Shown: positions 47,550 through 57,202, counted from the stretch's first letter. The stretch: 64,000 nt of DNA from Candidatus Omnitrophota bacterium (GCA_025453395.1 JALOQK010000002.1:346509-410508); one strand, 5' to 3'. Notes: generated by a model from the letters alone, not told the origin. Made by a program: numbers and translations.

Positions 47550-49747
47550 TACTTCCCCGCCTGATACCCAAACTTCTGCTCCGGCAACGCTTTCCCATCC
47601 GCAGCAACCTGCTTGATTGACTTTAACAGCGAGCGGTTGGTATCTGGGCTGTAGGCGTATTCCAATTCGTAGCGCCAGACTAAGTCTCCTTTAATTTTAA
47701 CTAGTATTTCTTTTAAGCGCTTAGCTGTGGCAATCTTAGCGCTTGAGATATAACTTGAAGGAATGTCAGTCCTATCTTCTAATGTAAATTCTACAGTGTT
47801 TGTGGGAGAAATCCCTGATGTGTGTCCGGTGTAATTTATAAGGCTAAGATAAGACTTACCCTGGTCTTTGGTATAGGAATAGGTAAGGTAATTTCCGTTT
47901 ATATCCATGGCCTTGGTAATATACCAGCTAAATGTTCCCTTACTAGAGCCTTCTTTGGATTCAGAACTTTGGCCTAAGTAAATTACGCTTCCGTCTTTGC
48001 CTAAGATGCGCCAAGAGTCATCAGATTCTTTAAAGAATTTGTTAAAGCCGGATTCTATCTTTGCCTGATAGAGGTTGTCAATTAAATGCACCAATTCTGT
48101 TGTTCCGGCATCAGTTATAAAATAAAAGGTATCTTGGGTATCAATGTAGGATGGCGGCCCAAGCCGCGTTGAGCGGGTGATGTAGCCGGGATTAAGGCTA
48201 AATCCAACTCCAGTCCAGGAATTGGGGTTTGAAGAGCGGTAACTTAATCCTAACGCAGGTTGGATCCCTTTTCTTCCCGAGGGTACAGTTATGGGAATGG
48301 CGTGTCCAAAAGCTCCGGTAAACAGATCCGGCAAAGGAATTCTCACTGCTGAACCAATAGGAGTATTTTGGGGAGCTAAACTTTTTAACGCGGCATAAGT
48401 TGAGAAGTGTTGCAGCAGGAATTTAACTGTGTACCCGTCAGCATTAACTTGGGAGATTTGCCCGGTGGGGATAATTTTTAATTGGTTTGCGTCATAAAGC
48501 CCAAGCTCGGTTTCAGTGCCCGGGACTTCTGCTTTGGGTAAGGTGTAGATTAATTGCACAGGCTTACTGAATACCAAGCCATAAGGCAAGCATTCTGCCG
48601 CGCTTAAGAGCCCGGTTCCTTCTGGGGCAGAGCCGGAAAGAGTTGTTTTTTGATTCTCTAATGAGATGAAAGCGCTATAAGTTAACGCGCCAGAGGGGAT
48701 GATTAATTTTATTTTCCCGTCAGAGGATGTTACTTCTCCTCCGGCTTGTCCGATAGTTTCTCCGGAGTCAGTAACTTTCCACCATCCTCTTTGCAGTAAC
48801 GCGCTTGATGCAGAAAGATCATCAGTAGATGATACATAGAGTTTTTTATTACCCACAGCCTGGTCTTTATAGGTTATTTGCCAGCGGATAAAGATACTTG
48901 TTCCGGAGCCGGTTACGGTAGTTTTTGCGCAATTCAGGCTAACAAAAGAGTTCTGGATTATTGCTTCTGCCCCTGGGATAACACCGCCCAACCATGCGGA
49001 ATTTGTATCATTGCGCAGGTAAATACGGTTGGTGTTTTGGTTGTAATAAAAATAGCCGATATAGGCATTAGTTGTGGCGTCTAAGATTAAAAGGCATGCG
49101 TTGTTTAAATTCTGCCAGCCGTCGGGATCAGAATATATTGTTAGGTATGTTACAGGAACATTGATTTTGTTCATTCCGGATGCCGCAGCTATAAGGCCTG
49201 TTAGGGGCTGGGAATTTATCTGGATATTCGGGCATGGGGCCCATGATACAGTTGGACTTGAGGTTAATTTCTTGGATATCATGGCTAGGTATCGTTTTCC
49301 TGAGAAGGAAAGCTTGAAATTCAGGCACCAGCTGACACTAAGAGTGCTGCTAGCTTTGATCACGCGGGTTAAGGCGCAGTTAAGGCGGACTTGTGAATTT
49401 TCAATTATATTATTTGAGCCTGGCGTAAAGCCGCCTAACCATTGGGTGTCGGAATCGTTGCGCAGGTAAAGCTTGTTTGTGCTTTGATGATAATAAACAT
49501 AAACTGAATTATTTCTTATGGTAGAACTGCTACCGATAAAAAGTCCTGCTTCTTGTATGCTTGCGTATGTTCCGGTTGGGGCGGTATAGTTATAGGAAAT
49601 ATTGCGGTCGGTGTTAGGGGGAATAGATAATATTGTAGAAGGGCTAACTACTATGGGGGATGAAATTATTAAAGCGTAACAATGTGGAAAGCTAAGAAAG
49701 AATGCTATTAAGTATAGAACAAAAAACTTTTTTATAGCTTCTACCAT
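47549..49747 (-). CDS. Secreted protein: two tandem beta-rich repeats, ZU5-like domain and stand-alone SpvB/TcB N-terminal domain
   Basis: Signal peptide; two copies of YY.Q.TN..YLRND....WLGG..PG....I.NS.V.LNCA; IG..GG.V.S.DG...L.IP.GAL...HFSTY; DLFTGAFGHAIPITVPSGRKGIQPALGLSYRS..GVGFSL. Confidence 0.8.
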   Translation of the reverse strand: MVEAIKKFFVLYLIAFFLSFPHCYALIISSPIVVSPSTILSIPPNTDRNISYNYTAPTGTYASIQEAGLFIGSSSTIRNNSVYVYYHQSTNKLYLRNDSDTQWLGGFTPGSNNIIENSQVRLNCALTRVIKASSTLSVSWCLNFKLSFSGKRYLAMISKKLTSSPTVSWAPCPNIQINSQPLTGLIAAASGMNKINVPVTYLTIYSDPDGWQNLNNACLLILDATTNAYIGYFYYNQNTNRIYLRNDTNSAWLGGVIPGAEAIIQNSFVSLNCAKTTVTGSGTSIFIRWQITYKDQAVGNKKLYVSSTDDLSASSALLQRGWWKVTDSGETIGQAGGEVTSSDGKIKLIIPSGALTYSAFISLENQKTTLSGSAPEGTGLLSAAECLPYGLVFSKPVQLIYTLPKAEVPGTETELGLYDANQLKIIPTGQISQVNADGYTVKFLLQHFSTYAALKSLAPQNTPIGSAVRIPLPDLFTGAFGHAIPITVPSGRKGIQPALGLSYRSSNPNSWTGVGFSLNPGYITRSTRLGPPSYIDTQDTFYFITDAGTTELVHLIDNLYQAKIESGFNKFFKESDDSWRILGKDGSVIYLGQSSESKEGSSKGTFSWYITKAMDINGNYLTYSYTKDQGKSYLSLINYTGHTSGISPTNTVEFTLEDRTDIPSSYISSAKIATAKRLKEILVKIKGDLVWRYELEYAYSPDTNRSLLKSIKQVAADGKALPEQKFGYQAGK

Positions 49748-49820
49748 GCCCTTCCCTTCTTGTACTCCGTGGCAGATAAGGGAGTATAGCATATACAAAG
49801 CACGAAATCCAAGTTTTTAA

Positions 49821-50525
49821 TTATTTTCTATCACCTAACAATCTCAACACTTGAACCAAATAGTCAAAAATAGCGCCTATGCCAAGTTTACTTTTCCCCT
49901 TGATACGATTAACAAAAATATAGGGAATTTCTTTATAGCTTTGATATTTAGCTTTAGCAAACACCTCTAAGCCTATTTTAAACCCTCTGGGAGTAAGAAT
50001 AACGCCATTCAAGGATTCTTTCTTGATACAGAAAAACCCGGAAGTATTATCTCGTATAGGGCAAACTAGATTTCCAATAAAACAGGCAAAACGCGATACA
50101 AGCTTGCGACTTAATGGGAAACCACTTGAACCTGCGTGCGCTACATATCTACTTGCCACTATCAAATCGTGCCCTTGATTTATGGCCTTTATCATTTCAG
50201 GAATAAGTTCGGGGGGATGACTGCCATCAGCATCCATTACAACGACAAGATCATTGCTACTTTGGTTTATCCCATCAAGAACTGATAAGGAAAGGCTGCG
50301 GACAGCTTTCCTTCTAATCACCCTGCCGCAATTACCAAGCGCGTTTTCAGCGATATCCGCGGTTTTATCCGAAGAATTATCGTCAACCATAAGAATTTCA
50401 AAGTCATATTGGTCTTGGGGAAGGGCGGATTTAATGCGGGACAAAATATCTTGCATGTTTTCCGACTCGTTATAGGTAGGGATAATAATTGAAAAGGAGT
50501 TTTCTGCTAACTTTACATTCTGCAC
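49821..50525 (-). CDS. GT2 polyprenol monophosphomannose synthase-like protein
   Basis: IPTYNE, DDNSSD, MDADGSHPP, ASRY, GFKI.LE; start uncertain. Confidence 0.88.
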   Translation of the reverse strand: MQNVKLAENSFSIIIPTYNESENMQDILSRIKSALPQDQYDFEILMVDDNSSDKTADIAENALGNCGRVIRRKAVRSLSLSVLDGINQSSNDLVVVMDADGSHPPELIPEMIKAINQGHDLIVASRYVAHAGSSGFPLSRKLVSRFACFIGNLVCPIRDNTSGFFCIKKESLNGVILTPRGFKIGLEVFAKAKYQSYKEIPYIFVNRIKGKSKLGIGAIFDYLVQVLRLLGDRK

Positions 50526-50540
50526 TTTTTACCTTTAGTT
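50506..50540. repeat. Degenerate 7-nt-periodic tract at a gene junction
   Basis: gctaact ttacatt ctgcact ttttacc tttagtt; resembles the right arm of the priA-fmt palindrome. Confidence 0.45.
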
Positions 50541-50542
50541 TT

Positions 50543-52357
50543 CTAGCTACCGTCTACCAACGGACGCGGATCAATGGCTTTATCTGTTACCGCCTCATAT
50601 ACATCAATTTGACCTGGATCTTTAATGCACATAATCTTTTCATTGGGGCAGTTTTCAAGAGGAAATGTTCCAATATGCTTTAACCCCGGATTTCTTGGGA
50701 TTAAAAACAATTCATCTCTATCTTCAGCTAAACCGGTTTTTAAATAGCCTTTATGGTGCACCAAAACATACTTTACCCCCATCCATTTCAACATCGAAAC
50801 TGTATCTGGGCTTGAGAGTTTCACAAGCTTTTGAGCAACTTTATTAGCATAAGTGCCGGGGATAGTCCCATTGATAATTTTCTTCTCATGTTTAGTCTGA
50901 TACAACTTATACAGCTCATTAGGAGAACTGGCATCCAAAGGATATTCGGCTATAACAATATCATCGGTTTGAGCTTTAAGCCAAGCATAAACTGAAGGAA
51001 AAGTTGAAACATCTATTACCTTGTAAGGCGGCCAATTCCAGAATTCAAATAAAACTAAACCACAAGCTAAAATAGCTACAGCAATTTTTGTCTTATTAGA
51101 TCTAAATCGTTCCAGGATAAATTTAAGCCCGAAACCTGCCAAAACACTAACCGCCAACATCACCACAATCCCAAACCTGCAATAGGCGCGAAACATAGGT
51201 AAGATTTTATACATAAAAAAAGACGGCATATACAACTTAAGGCCAAATATATTCCACCATGGAGGTTGAGAAAAAAACCACGCCACAACAGCCAAGCAAA
51301 CAAAAAATCCAATATATTTTTTTTCTTCAGCTGACAGCTGACAGCTGACAGCTGACAGCTGTTTACTCCTGTATCTTTTGAACGCAACAAAGGCCAAAAT
51401 AATTGGCACCCAACCCAAATAAAGCGTATGCTCAGTAAAACTTACCCCGTATAAACTTGTCCCGACAAATTGCTGGGTAAATTTTCCAAACATAGGATGT
51501 ACCGCAGATGGCAGAAAATAGCTTAAAGGGTGGACGGATTGAGCAAACAAATCTTCAAATGGACGAACAATACTAAACGCGGAAGGCTTAGCAGTCTTTA
51601 CCGTCCAGAAAATCTTTATTAAAAAAGGTAATATAGCGACTATAGAAAGTACGCTTGTCAAGAAAAACGCATTCAAATAAACTTTAAGTTTATTAAGTTT
51701 TAGCGGACCCCTCCTAAATATAAGCATATAAGTAATAAATGCTGCGGTCGTTACAAACATAAACACTGCATAATGAAGCTCAAAAACAATAACCAGGAAA
51801 AATGAGAGCACGCAAAGAAACATATCTTTTACTTTGCCAGAGGAATATAACTTTATCATACAGAGAATATAGAAAGGCATCCCTGCTGTAAAAGTCAGTG
51901 CAAAATGCTGCCAGATGCGCGCGAATTGATATGGACACAGCGCATATATAATAGCCGAAATAAAACTGGAAAAATAATCTTTTGTCAGATAATAAGAAAG
52001 CGAAAACATCGCGATCAATGATAATAGCAGATTAAGAAACAACACCAAATTAAATGCTAACACTTCATTGCCGATTATCGAAAGACACTTTGCTAAATGA
52101 AGCCAAAGAGGATAAATAGAAAATGCGTCGTGCTGAAGCCCAAAAGGATAGGCAGTAACAATCTCAAGCGTCAGCGGTTTGCCGATTAGAAATGAATGCT
52201 TCAACCACCAAAATCCTTGCAAAACAGCAAAAGATTCGTCAGTGGATTGAAAACCAGGAATAAAATTAAGTATATTTATTAGCCATGGGAAGGTGACCAA
52301 GAAAATTACTACCAAGAACACAAAAAATAGACTTATTTTTTTAGTGAATGGCGTCAT
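50543..52357 (-). CDS. Polytopic membrane protein (YfhO/GT-C-like)
   Basis: Many TM segments; AYPFG, YLGW, PMFRAYCRF, Q..H.K.IING, GVKYVLVH. Confidence 0.6.
   Translation of the reverse strand: MTPFTKKISLFFVFLVVIFLVTFPWLINILNFIPGFQSTDESFAVLQGFWWLKHSFLIGKPLTLEIVTAYPFGLQHDAFSIYPLWLHLAKCLSIIGNEVLAFNLVLFLNLLLSLIAMFSLSYYLTKDYFSSFISAIIYALCPYQFARIWQHFALTFTAGMPFYILCMIKLYSSGKVKDMFLCVLSFFLVIVFELHYAVFMFVTTAAFITYMLIFRRGPLKLNKLKVYLNAFFLTSVLSIVAILPFLIKIFWTVKTAKPSAFSIVRPFEDLFAQSVHPLSYFLPSAVHPMFGKFTQQFVGTSLYGVSFTEHTLYLGWVPIILAFVAFKRYRSKQLSAVSCQLSAEEKKYIGFFVCLAVVAWFFSQPPWWNIFGLKLYMPSFFMYKILPMFRAYCRFGIVVMLAVSVLAGFGLKFILERFRSNKTKIAVAILACGLVLFEFWNWPPYKVIDVSTFPSVYAWLKAQTDDIVIAEYPLDASSPNELYKLYQTKHEKKIINGTIPGTYANKVAQKLVKLSSPDTVSMLKWMGVKYVLVHHKGYLKTGLAEDRDELFLIPRNPGLKHIGTFPLENCPNEKIMCIKDPGQIDVYEAVTDKAIDPRPLVDGS
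51328..51362. repeat. In-frame 5 x 7-nt tandem array
   Basis: (cagctga)x4 cagctgt; encodes QLSAVSCQLSA in a loop between TM helices. Confidence 0.92.
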
Positions 52358-52385
52358 GTTTTCACAGTAGAAATGATTTAAGAAA

Positions 52386-53042
52386 CTATTTTATTAATAT
52401 TGCTTCGAAGAAATTAGTAAATCTGTCTAATATTGCGGGACTTTTCTTAAGATAGCACATGAATTTACCGCTATGCAAGCCGAGTACAGTCTTGTTAATA
52501 CGGTATTCCGAGAATGCCGATCTTGAAACTAACTTCAGAAGCTCTTCATACGAATATTCCCTTAAATGTTCTGGATAGATAAACTTACTTTCCATAAAGA
52601 CAAGTTTAGCAATGCTGCGCGTCAACCGCGTCCGACTGGGAGTTATAAGCAATAAAACGCCGCCTTTTCTTAAAACCTTATATGTTTCATTTAAAACTTT
52701 TAAATCATCAGGAACGTGCTCAAGCACATGCGAGCTTACAACAATATCTACGCTGTTCTCCTTAAGCACGCTACCTAAATTCTGCCAGTCAGCATTAATT
52801 ATTTTTATGTTCTTTTCCGGCTTCACCAGCCGGCTTTTATCAATCTCTATCCCTAGTAGCATCTTGCAATGCCGAGCTAAATCATAAGTTTTTTGAGGAT
52901 ATGTACATCCGATCTCAACAACAATCATTTCCTTATTCACAATGGAAACATATTTTTCTTTCAAATGCTCCCAATCATAAAGATAATATCTACCATCTTT
53001 ATGTGGATTACCGATAAAAAAATTATTGAAGTTTATTTGCAT
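52386..53042 (-). CDS. Class I SAM-dependent methyltransferase
   Basis: VEIGC, SHVLEHV, LRKGG, HLREY. Confidence 0.8.
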   Translation of the reverse strand: MQINFNNFFIGNPHKDGRYYLYDWEHLKEKYVSIVNKEMIVVEIGCTYPQKTYDLARHCKMLLGIEIDKSRLVKPEKNIKIINADWQNLGSVLKENSVDIVVSSHVLEHVPDDLKVLNETYKVLRKGGVLLLITPSRTRLTRSIAKLVFMESKFIYPEHLREYSYEELLKLVSRSAFSEYRINKTVLGLHSGKFMCYLKKSPAILDRFTNFFEAILIK

Positions 53043-53062
53043 ATATGAAACAAAATTTGTAT

Positions 53063-54022
53063 TTATGGTTTGTGTGCGATAAAATGAATAACTTCACCAT
53101 GCCTGGTATTGCCAAGAATAACATTTGCAACAAAAGCAAGAGGCAATAACACGATTGCCAATAAAGCATGTGCGATAAATTCAGAAAACGATCTGCGGCC
53201 GACACCTCCGACACAAAGAAAGTTATAAAATAAATTCTGCTGACCAGAGATTTTATTCAAAAAGCTTTGCATAGTCATAAAAATGCTGTATTCAGATGAA
53301 AAATATCTTTTTTTTGTTATCGTAAAACCATGTTCCGTCAACAACTTAGTCAGAGACTGATTAGTAAAATGAGTCAGGTGATTTGGCAAATCCCAGCCAA
53401 TCCAGGACTTACCTGTTAACCTTTGGGAGAAACTCTCACTGTTGGGAACTTCAATTAATAACCTGCCACCTTTCCTCAACAGTTCATAGCTAATACAAAT
53501 ATACGCTTCTACATCATCAATATGCTCAAGAACATGCCAGAAAGAAATCATGTCTAGATTATTAGGAATTTCTTTAAAAAATTCTCGCAAATCCCCCTTT
53601 CGTACTTCTAACCCTAATTTTTCCCTTGCATACTTAATCGCCGGATCCGAAAACTGCGTTCCAAGAACAAAAGTAGCCTTAAAATATTTCTTTAGATAAA
53701 ACAACATTAATCCACGCCCGCACCCAACATCAAGAATGCGTTTTGGCCTATAGAATATAAAAATCTTGAACGCTCTGAAGAATCTAAAAAACCTAACTAT
53801 CATTTCTGGAATAGTCCGGAATCTCCTAGACTGATCGCCAAAATAGAACCTCTTATTATAAATCTCCTCTATGCTATTAAATGCTGGGATAGGATGTGTT
53901 TTTCTAAATCCACAATCTTCACATTCGACTACAGAATAATCATTAATGCGATATAAAACTCGCGATCTTTCATGTTTACACTGCGGGCGTATATCTAAAA
54001 GAAAATCACTGGAATTGCTCAT
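53063..54022 (-). CDS. Class I SAM-dependent methyltransferase with N-terminal Cys motifs
   Basis: CEDCG, LDVGCGRG, WHVLEH, EVPN, PNHLTHF. Confidence 0.85.
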   Translation of the reverse strand: MSNSSDFLLDIRPQCKHERSRVLYRINDYSVVECEDCGFRKTHPIPAFNSIEEIYNKRFYFGDQSRRFRTIPEMIVRFFRFFRAFKIFIFYRPKRILDVGCGRGLMLFYLKKYFKATFVLGTQFSDPAIKYAREKLGLEVRKGDLREFFKEIPNNLDMISFWHVLEHIDDVEAYICISYELLRKGGRLLIEVPNSESFSQRLTGKSWIGWDLPNHLTHFTNQSLTKLLTEHGFTITKKRYFSSEYSIFMTMQSFLNKISGQQNLFYNFLCVGGVGRRSFSEFIAHALLAIVLLPLAFVANVILGNTRHGEVIHFIAHKP

Positions 54023-54761
54023 ATCTGCGGATATTCCTTGTATGCAATACATACTTTATGCTAGTTTTTAATACCCCAAGCCCATATTTTACTGATCGCG
54101 CAAAATTTATCGAGCTGGCCTCTTTAAAATATTTCGTAACTACCGGAATCTCTTTGAAAATGAGCCTTTTCACCACCATCTGAGCTATAATTTCATTATC
54201 AAAAACAAAATCATCCGAGTTAAGCCACCATTTAACAGATTCAAGAGCTTCCCGGGAAAAGGCTCTATAACCAGTATGAAATTCATTGAAGTATGTACCC
54301 ATGCACATATTCTGAAACCAAGTTAAAATACGGTTTGCGATAATTTTATAAAACGGCATCCCCCCTTTTAGCGGACCTCCATCGTAAGGATCACGAATAA
54401 ATCGAGAAGCTAAAACAACATCAGCCTGTCCTTCTTTAATTGGTAAAGCGATATTAGGTATCAGCCGGGGGTCATACTGATTATCGGGATGAAGCATAAT
54501 AATAATATCTGCACCCAAATCTAATGCCTTTCGATAACATGTTTTTTGATTAGCACCATAGCCTTTATTAACCGGATGTTTTATAAGATGTACGTGTAAA
54601 CTCTGGGCCAACTCGCAGGTTAAATCCTTTGATGCATCATCAACCAGCACAATTTCGTCATAGCTATGAGGCGGTATAGCATTGTAAGTAGCAAGCAGAG
54701 TTTTTTCGGCATTGTAAGCCGGCATAACAATTACAACCTTAGAATTTTTAGTTGTTGGCAT
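54006..54761 (-). CDS. GT2 glycosyltransferase (DPM-like)
   Basis: MPAYNAE, DDAS.D, GYGANQKTCY, HPDNQYDP, EFHTGYRAF. Confidence 0.9.
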   Translation of the reverse strand: MPTTKNSKVVIVMPAYNAEKTLLATYNAIPPHSYDEIVLVDDASKDLTCELAQSLHVHLIKHPVNKGYGANQKTCYRKALDLGADIIIMLHPDNQYDPRLIPNIALPIKEGQADVVLASRFIRDPYDGGPLKGGMPFYKIIANRILTWFQNMCMGTYFNEFHTGYRAFSREALESVKWWLNSDDFVFDNEIIAQMVVKRLIFKEIPVVTKYFKEASSINFARSVKYGLGVLKTSIKYVLHTRNIRRYEQFQ

Positions 54762-55515
54762 TCCTGCCTCCTGTGTTTTTCTGCGCAAGGACCAACATTT
54801 CATGCCCCAGATCAATTGATTGTCTACAACAATTAAATTGCATATTATACAATATTTTCCAAAACAAATATTGCCGGTTTAGGATCCTAGAAGCCAGAGG
54901 AAGATCCCAAGCATTGTTTAAAGTGCTATTTTCTGTTCGAACAGCTTTATTTGGGGCAATATCCTTAGGCGGTTTCTTAAAAAAAGTATAGAACCTGCGC
55001 ATACTCCAAAAAACAGGATATGTGACATCCCAAGAAATAATCGGCGTCAACCCTACATTTATTAATTTCTTATTCAAATCTTCTGTAGTATATCTGCGCA
55101 TGTGGCCGTAGAAGTCATCGTCCCATCTCCATTCTTTAGGGTTACTTGGCACACAAAAACAGGCATATCCTCCAGGCAACAAAAGTGATGAAATTTTTTT
55201 TAAGAAAGCTTGGTCATCTGAAATATGCTCAACAACATCCCATGCAAATATTGTATTGTAATACTGCTCTTCGCTAAACAGGCTCCTCTTCTCCACTAAT
55301 ACCTGCGGACATAACGCCAAGTTAATTTTAGCTTTATTGATGGCGGCTTCGGATATATCAATAGCCTTTCCATTCCAACCCTTCAATGATAAATAAGCTG
55401 ACAGATCACCTACACCACAACCAACATCAAGAAATGGCCACGTAAGTTTATACATAATAAGTATTTTGTCAAAACAATAAAATAAATAATTCTTTAAAGG
55501 AATAAAATTTGCCAT
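54748..55515 (-). CDS. Class I SAM-dependent methyltransferase
   Basis: LDVGCGVG, DVVEHI, GHMRRY. Confidence 0.85.
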   Translation of the reverse strand: MANFIPLKNYLFYCFDKILIMYKLTWPFLDVGCGVGDLSAYLSLKGWNGKAIDISEAAINKAKINLALCPQVLVEKRSLFSEEQYYNTIFAWDVVEHISDDQAFLKKISSLLLPGGYACFCVPSNPKEWRWDDDFYGHMRRYTTEDLNKKLINVGLTPIISWDVTYPVFWSMRRFYTFFKKPPKDIAPNKAVRTENSTLNNAWDLPLASRILNRQYLFWKILYNMQFNCCRQSIDLGHEMLVLAQKNTGGRNANN

Positions 55516-55528
55516 TAACAGTTAAAAG

Positions 55529-57202
55529 TTATTTGCCGCTAAAGAAACTTTCCTGAACTTCATAAATATAAAAAAAATCTGAACGCCTAATTGCATTTGA
55601 AGAAACGCCTTTATCATAATTTTCATATACAGTGCCTATTAACCTGAATTTATCCGGATTACCTCTTATATAATGAATAGCCGGATAAGCAAGTGATTCT
55701 ATCTTCCAAAATTCACTAAGCAATATATAGTGTAAATCGAAAATCTTAATTGAAAGATCCGTTTGTTCGATAGCAGCTCCGGATACTGACGAACGGGGCA
55801 AAGTAACAACTCGCTTATTGCAATTATAAACCAGGGCGTCTGATAAAAGGCCTTCTGCCAATACTCCATCCTTAGGAAGTTTATTTAAAAATTCTCCTGC
55901 CTTGTCGCATGCCTCTACCCTGCCTAAAGTAAAGATAAAATTATGACTTCGCTTTAATGTGAAAGCAGCTAAAGCGAAAATTGTAATTAGCGCAATATAT
56001 TTTAAAAGCCTGCGATTGGCTACTAACTTCAGCTGCTTTAATGAAAATATAATTTCAATACCCCTAACAAGAAAATATGCCATAAAAGGAATCGCAGCGA
56101 TGGAGTACCTAGGATTAGTTCCTTCATAAATAACGGGGTAAACAATTCCAAGAACAATAATAAATAGATATACATCTACCCTATGCTCTTTTAGAATCTT
56201 CAACCTAACCCTTAAAGGGTTACCGAAGGGGAACAAGAATCTTGAAAGCAATAAAAAAACCGGTATGACCATCAGGATCAACAATGTCCATCTAAAGAAT
56301 ATCCCGCGATACTTATGCAACTCTACTAGCTGAAACAACTTTTCTGCAATGTGTGAAAAATTAAAGTTAACCCGAAACACCATATCGCCCCATACCGCAT
56401 TACTATTTGGGAAATATATTGGATTTAAAAGTTGTTTTAACCCAAACTCACATACCCTCTCTATTCTTCCCTCCAACCCTCCAGCGTAATAGGTATGGGT
56501 CGTATAGATAATGTACTTTGGCAAAATGACACAAGAGCAATAAATTGCAACAATTAGGAATATGGGAACAAGTTTATTGATCTGCACTGATAATTTATCG
56601 CGGGGATTAAACCTGAAGATAAAAAAAGCTCCCAGCAAAACAGGCAACAATGTAAACGGCATTATATCCGAAGTCATAAAGGTCAATCCCCCAAAAATCG
56701 CCGATAAAAGAAGAAACCGATATTTGGCAGTAGTTAAACCTTTAACATACATGTAAAAACTTAAGAAAAACAGACACACAAATAGCTCATATCTAAAAAT
56801 CAACTTAGAATAAAACATGAGAATATTATTAAAAGCCAAGTAGACCAAGGCCATATACACTGATGATTTTTTTAAGCCAAACAACATAAAAAGATGGTAG
56901 ATCACAAAGAACAAGATTACGCTTGAGAAAAATGATACAGCAATTGCCGCAATGTGATCATTAAAGAAAATATTAAAAAACCTGATCATATAAGGATAGA
57001 ATACGGGATGATAGTCGTAGAAAGAATGATTAAACATTCTATTAAAAGGAAAACTTCTGGCGCAAGCCAGATATTTAGCCTCATCCCCCCAAATCCAATA
57101 GGCCTGGAACGGCAAGAAAAGGCGTAAAGCGGAATAGACAAGGAAAATAAACCAAAAATTGCTATCGTACTTTCGCATCAAAGCTAATAATTTCATATTC
57201 AA
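55529..57202 (-). CDS. ArnT/PMT-like (GT-C) membrane glycosyltransferase
   Basis: WGDEAKY, YHPVFYP, PRY; many TM segments. Confidence 0.65.
   Translation of the reverse strand: MNMKLLALMRKYDSNFWFIFLVYSALRLFLPFQAYWIWGDEAKYLACARSFPFNRMFNHSFYDYHPVFYPYMIRFFNIFFNDHIAAIAVSFFSSVILFFVIYHLFMLFGLKKSSVYMALVYLAFNNILMFYSKLIFRYELFVCLFFLSFYMYVKGLTTAKYRFLLLSAIFGGLTFMTSDIMPFTLLPVLLGAFFIFRFNPRDKLSVQINKLVPIFLIVAIYCSCVILPKYIIYTTHTYYAGGLEGRIERVCEFGLKQLLNPIYFPNSNAVWGDMVFRVNFNFSHIAEKLFQLVELHKYRGIFFRWTLLILMVIPVFLLLSRFLFPFGNPLRVRLKILKEHRVDVYLFIIVLGIVYPVIYEGTNPRYSIAAIPFMAYFLVRGIEIIFSLKQLKLVANRRLLKYIALITIFALAAFTLKRSHNFIFTLGRVEACDKAGEFLNKLPKDGVLAEGLLSDALVYNCNKRVVTLPRSSVSGAAIEQTDLSIKIFDLHYILLSEFWKIESLAYPAIHYIRGNPDKFRLIGTVYENYDKGVSSNAIRRSDFFYIYEVQESFFSGK

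Noticed and set aside
40138-49747. Splicing or readthrough fusing SpvB to the FG-GAP region via the heptamer stem
   Set aside because: The TAG precedes the stem, no repeat arm was seen near the FG-GAP start (~44930), and both genes have their own signal peptides.
26638-51362. Heptamer arrays as CRISPR repeats
   Set aside because: Contiguous 7-nt units with no spacers; no cas genes.
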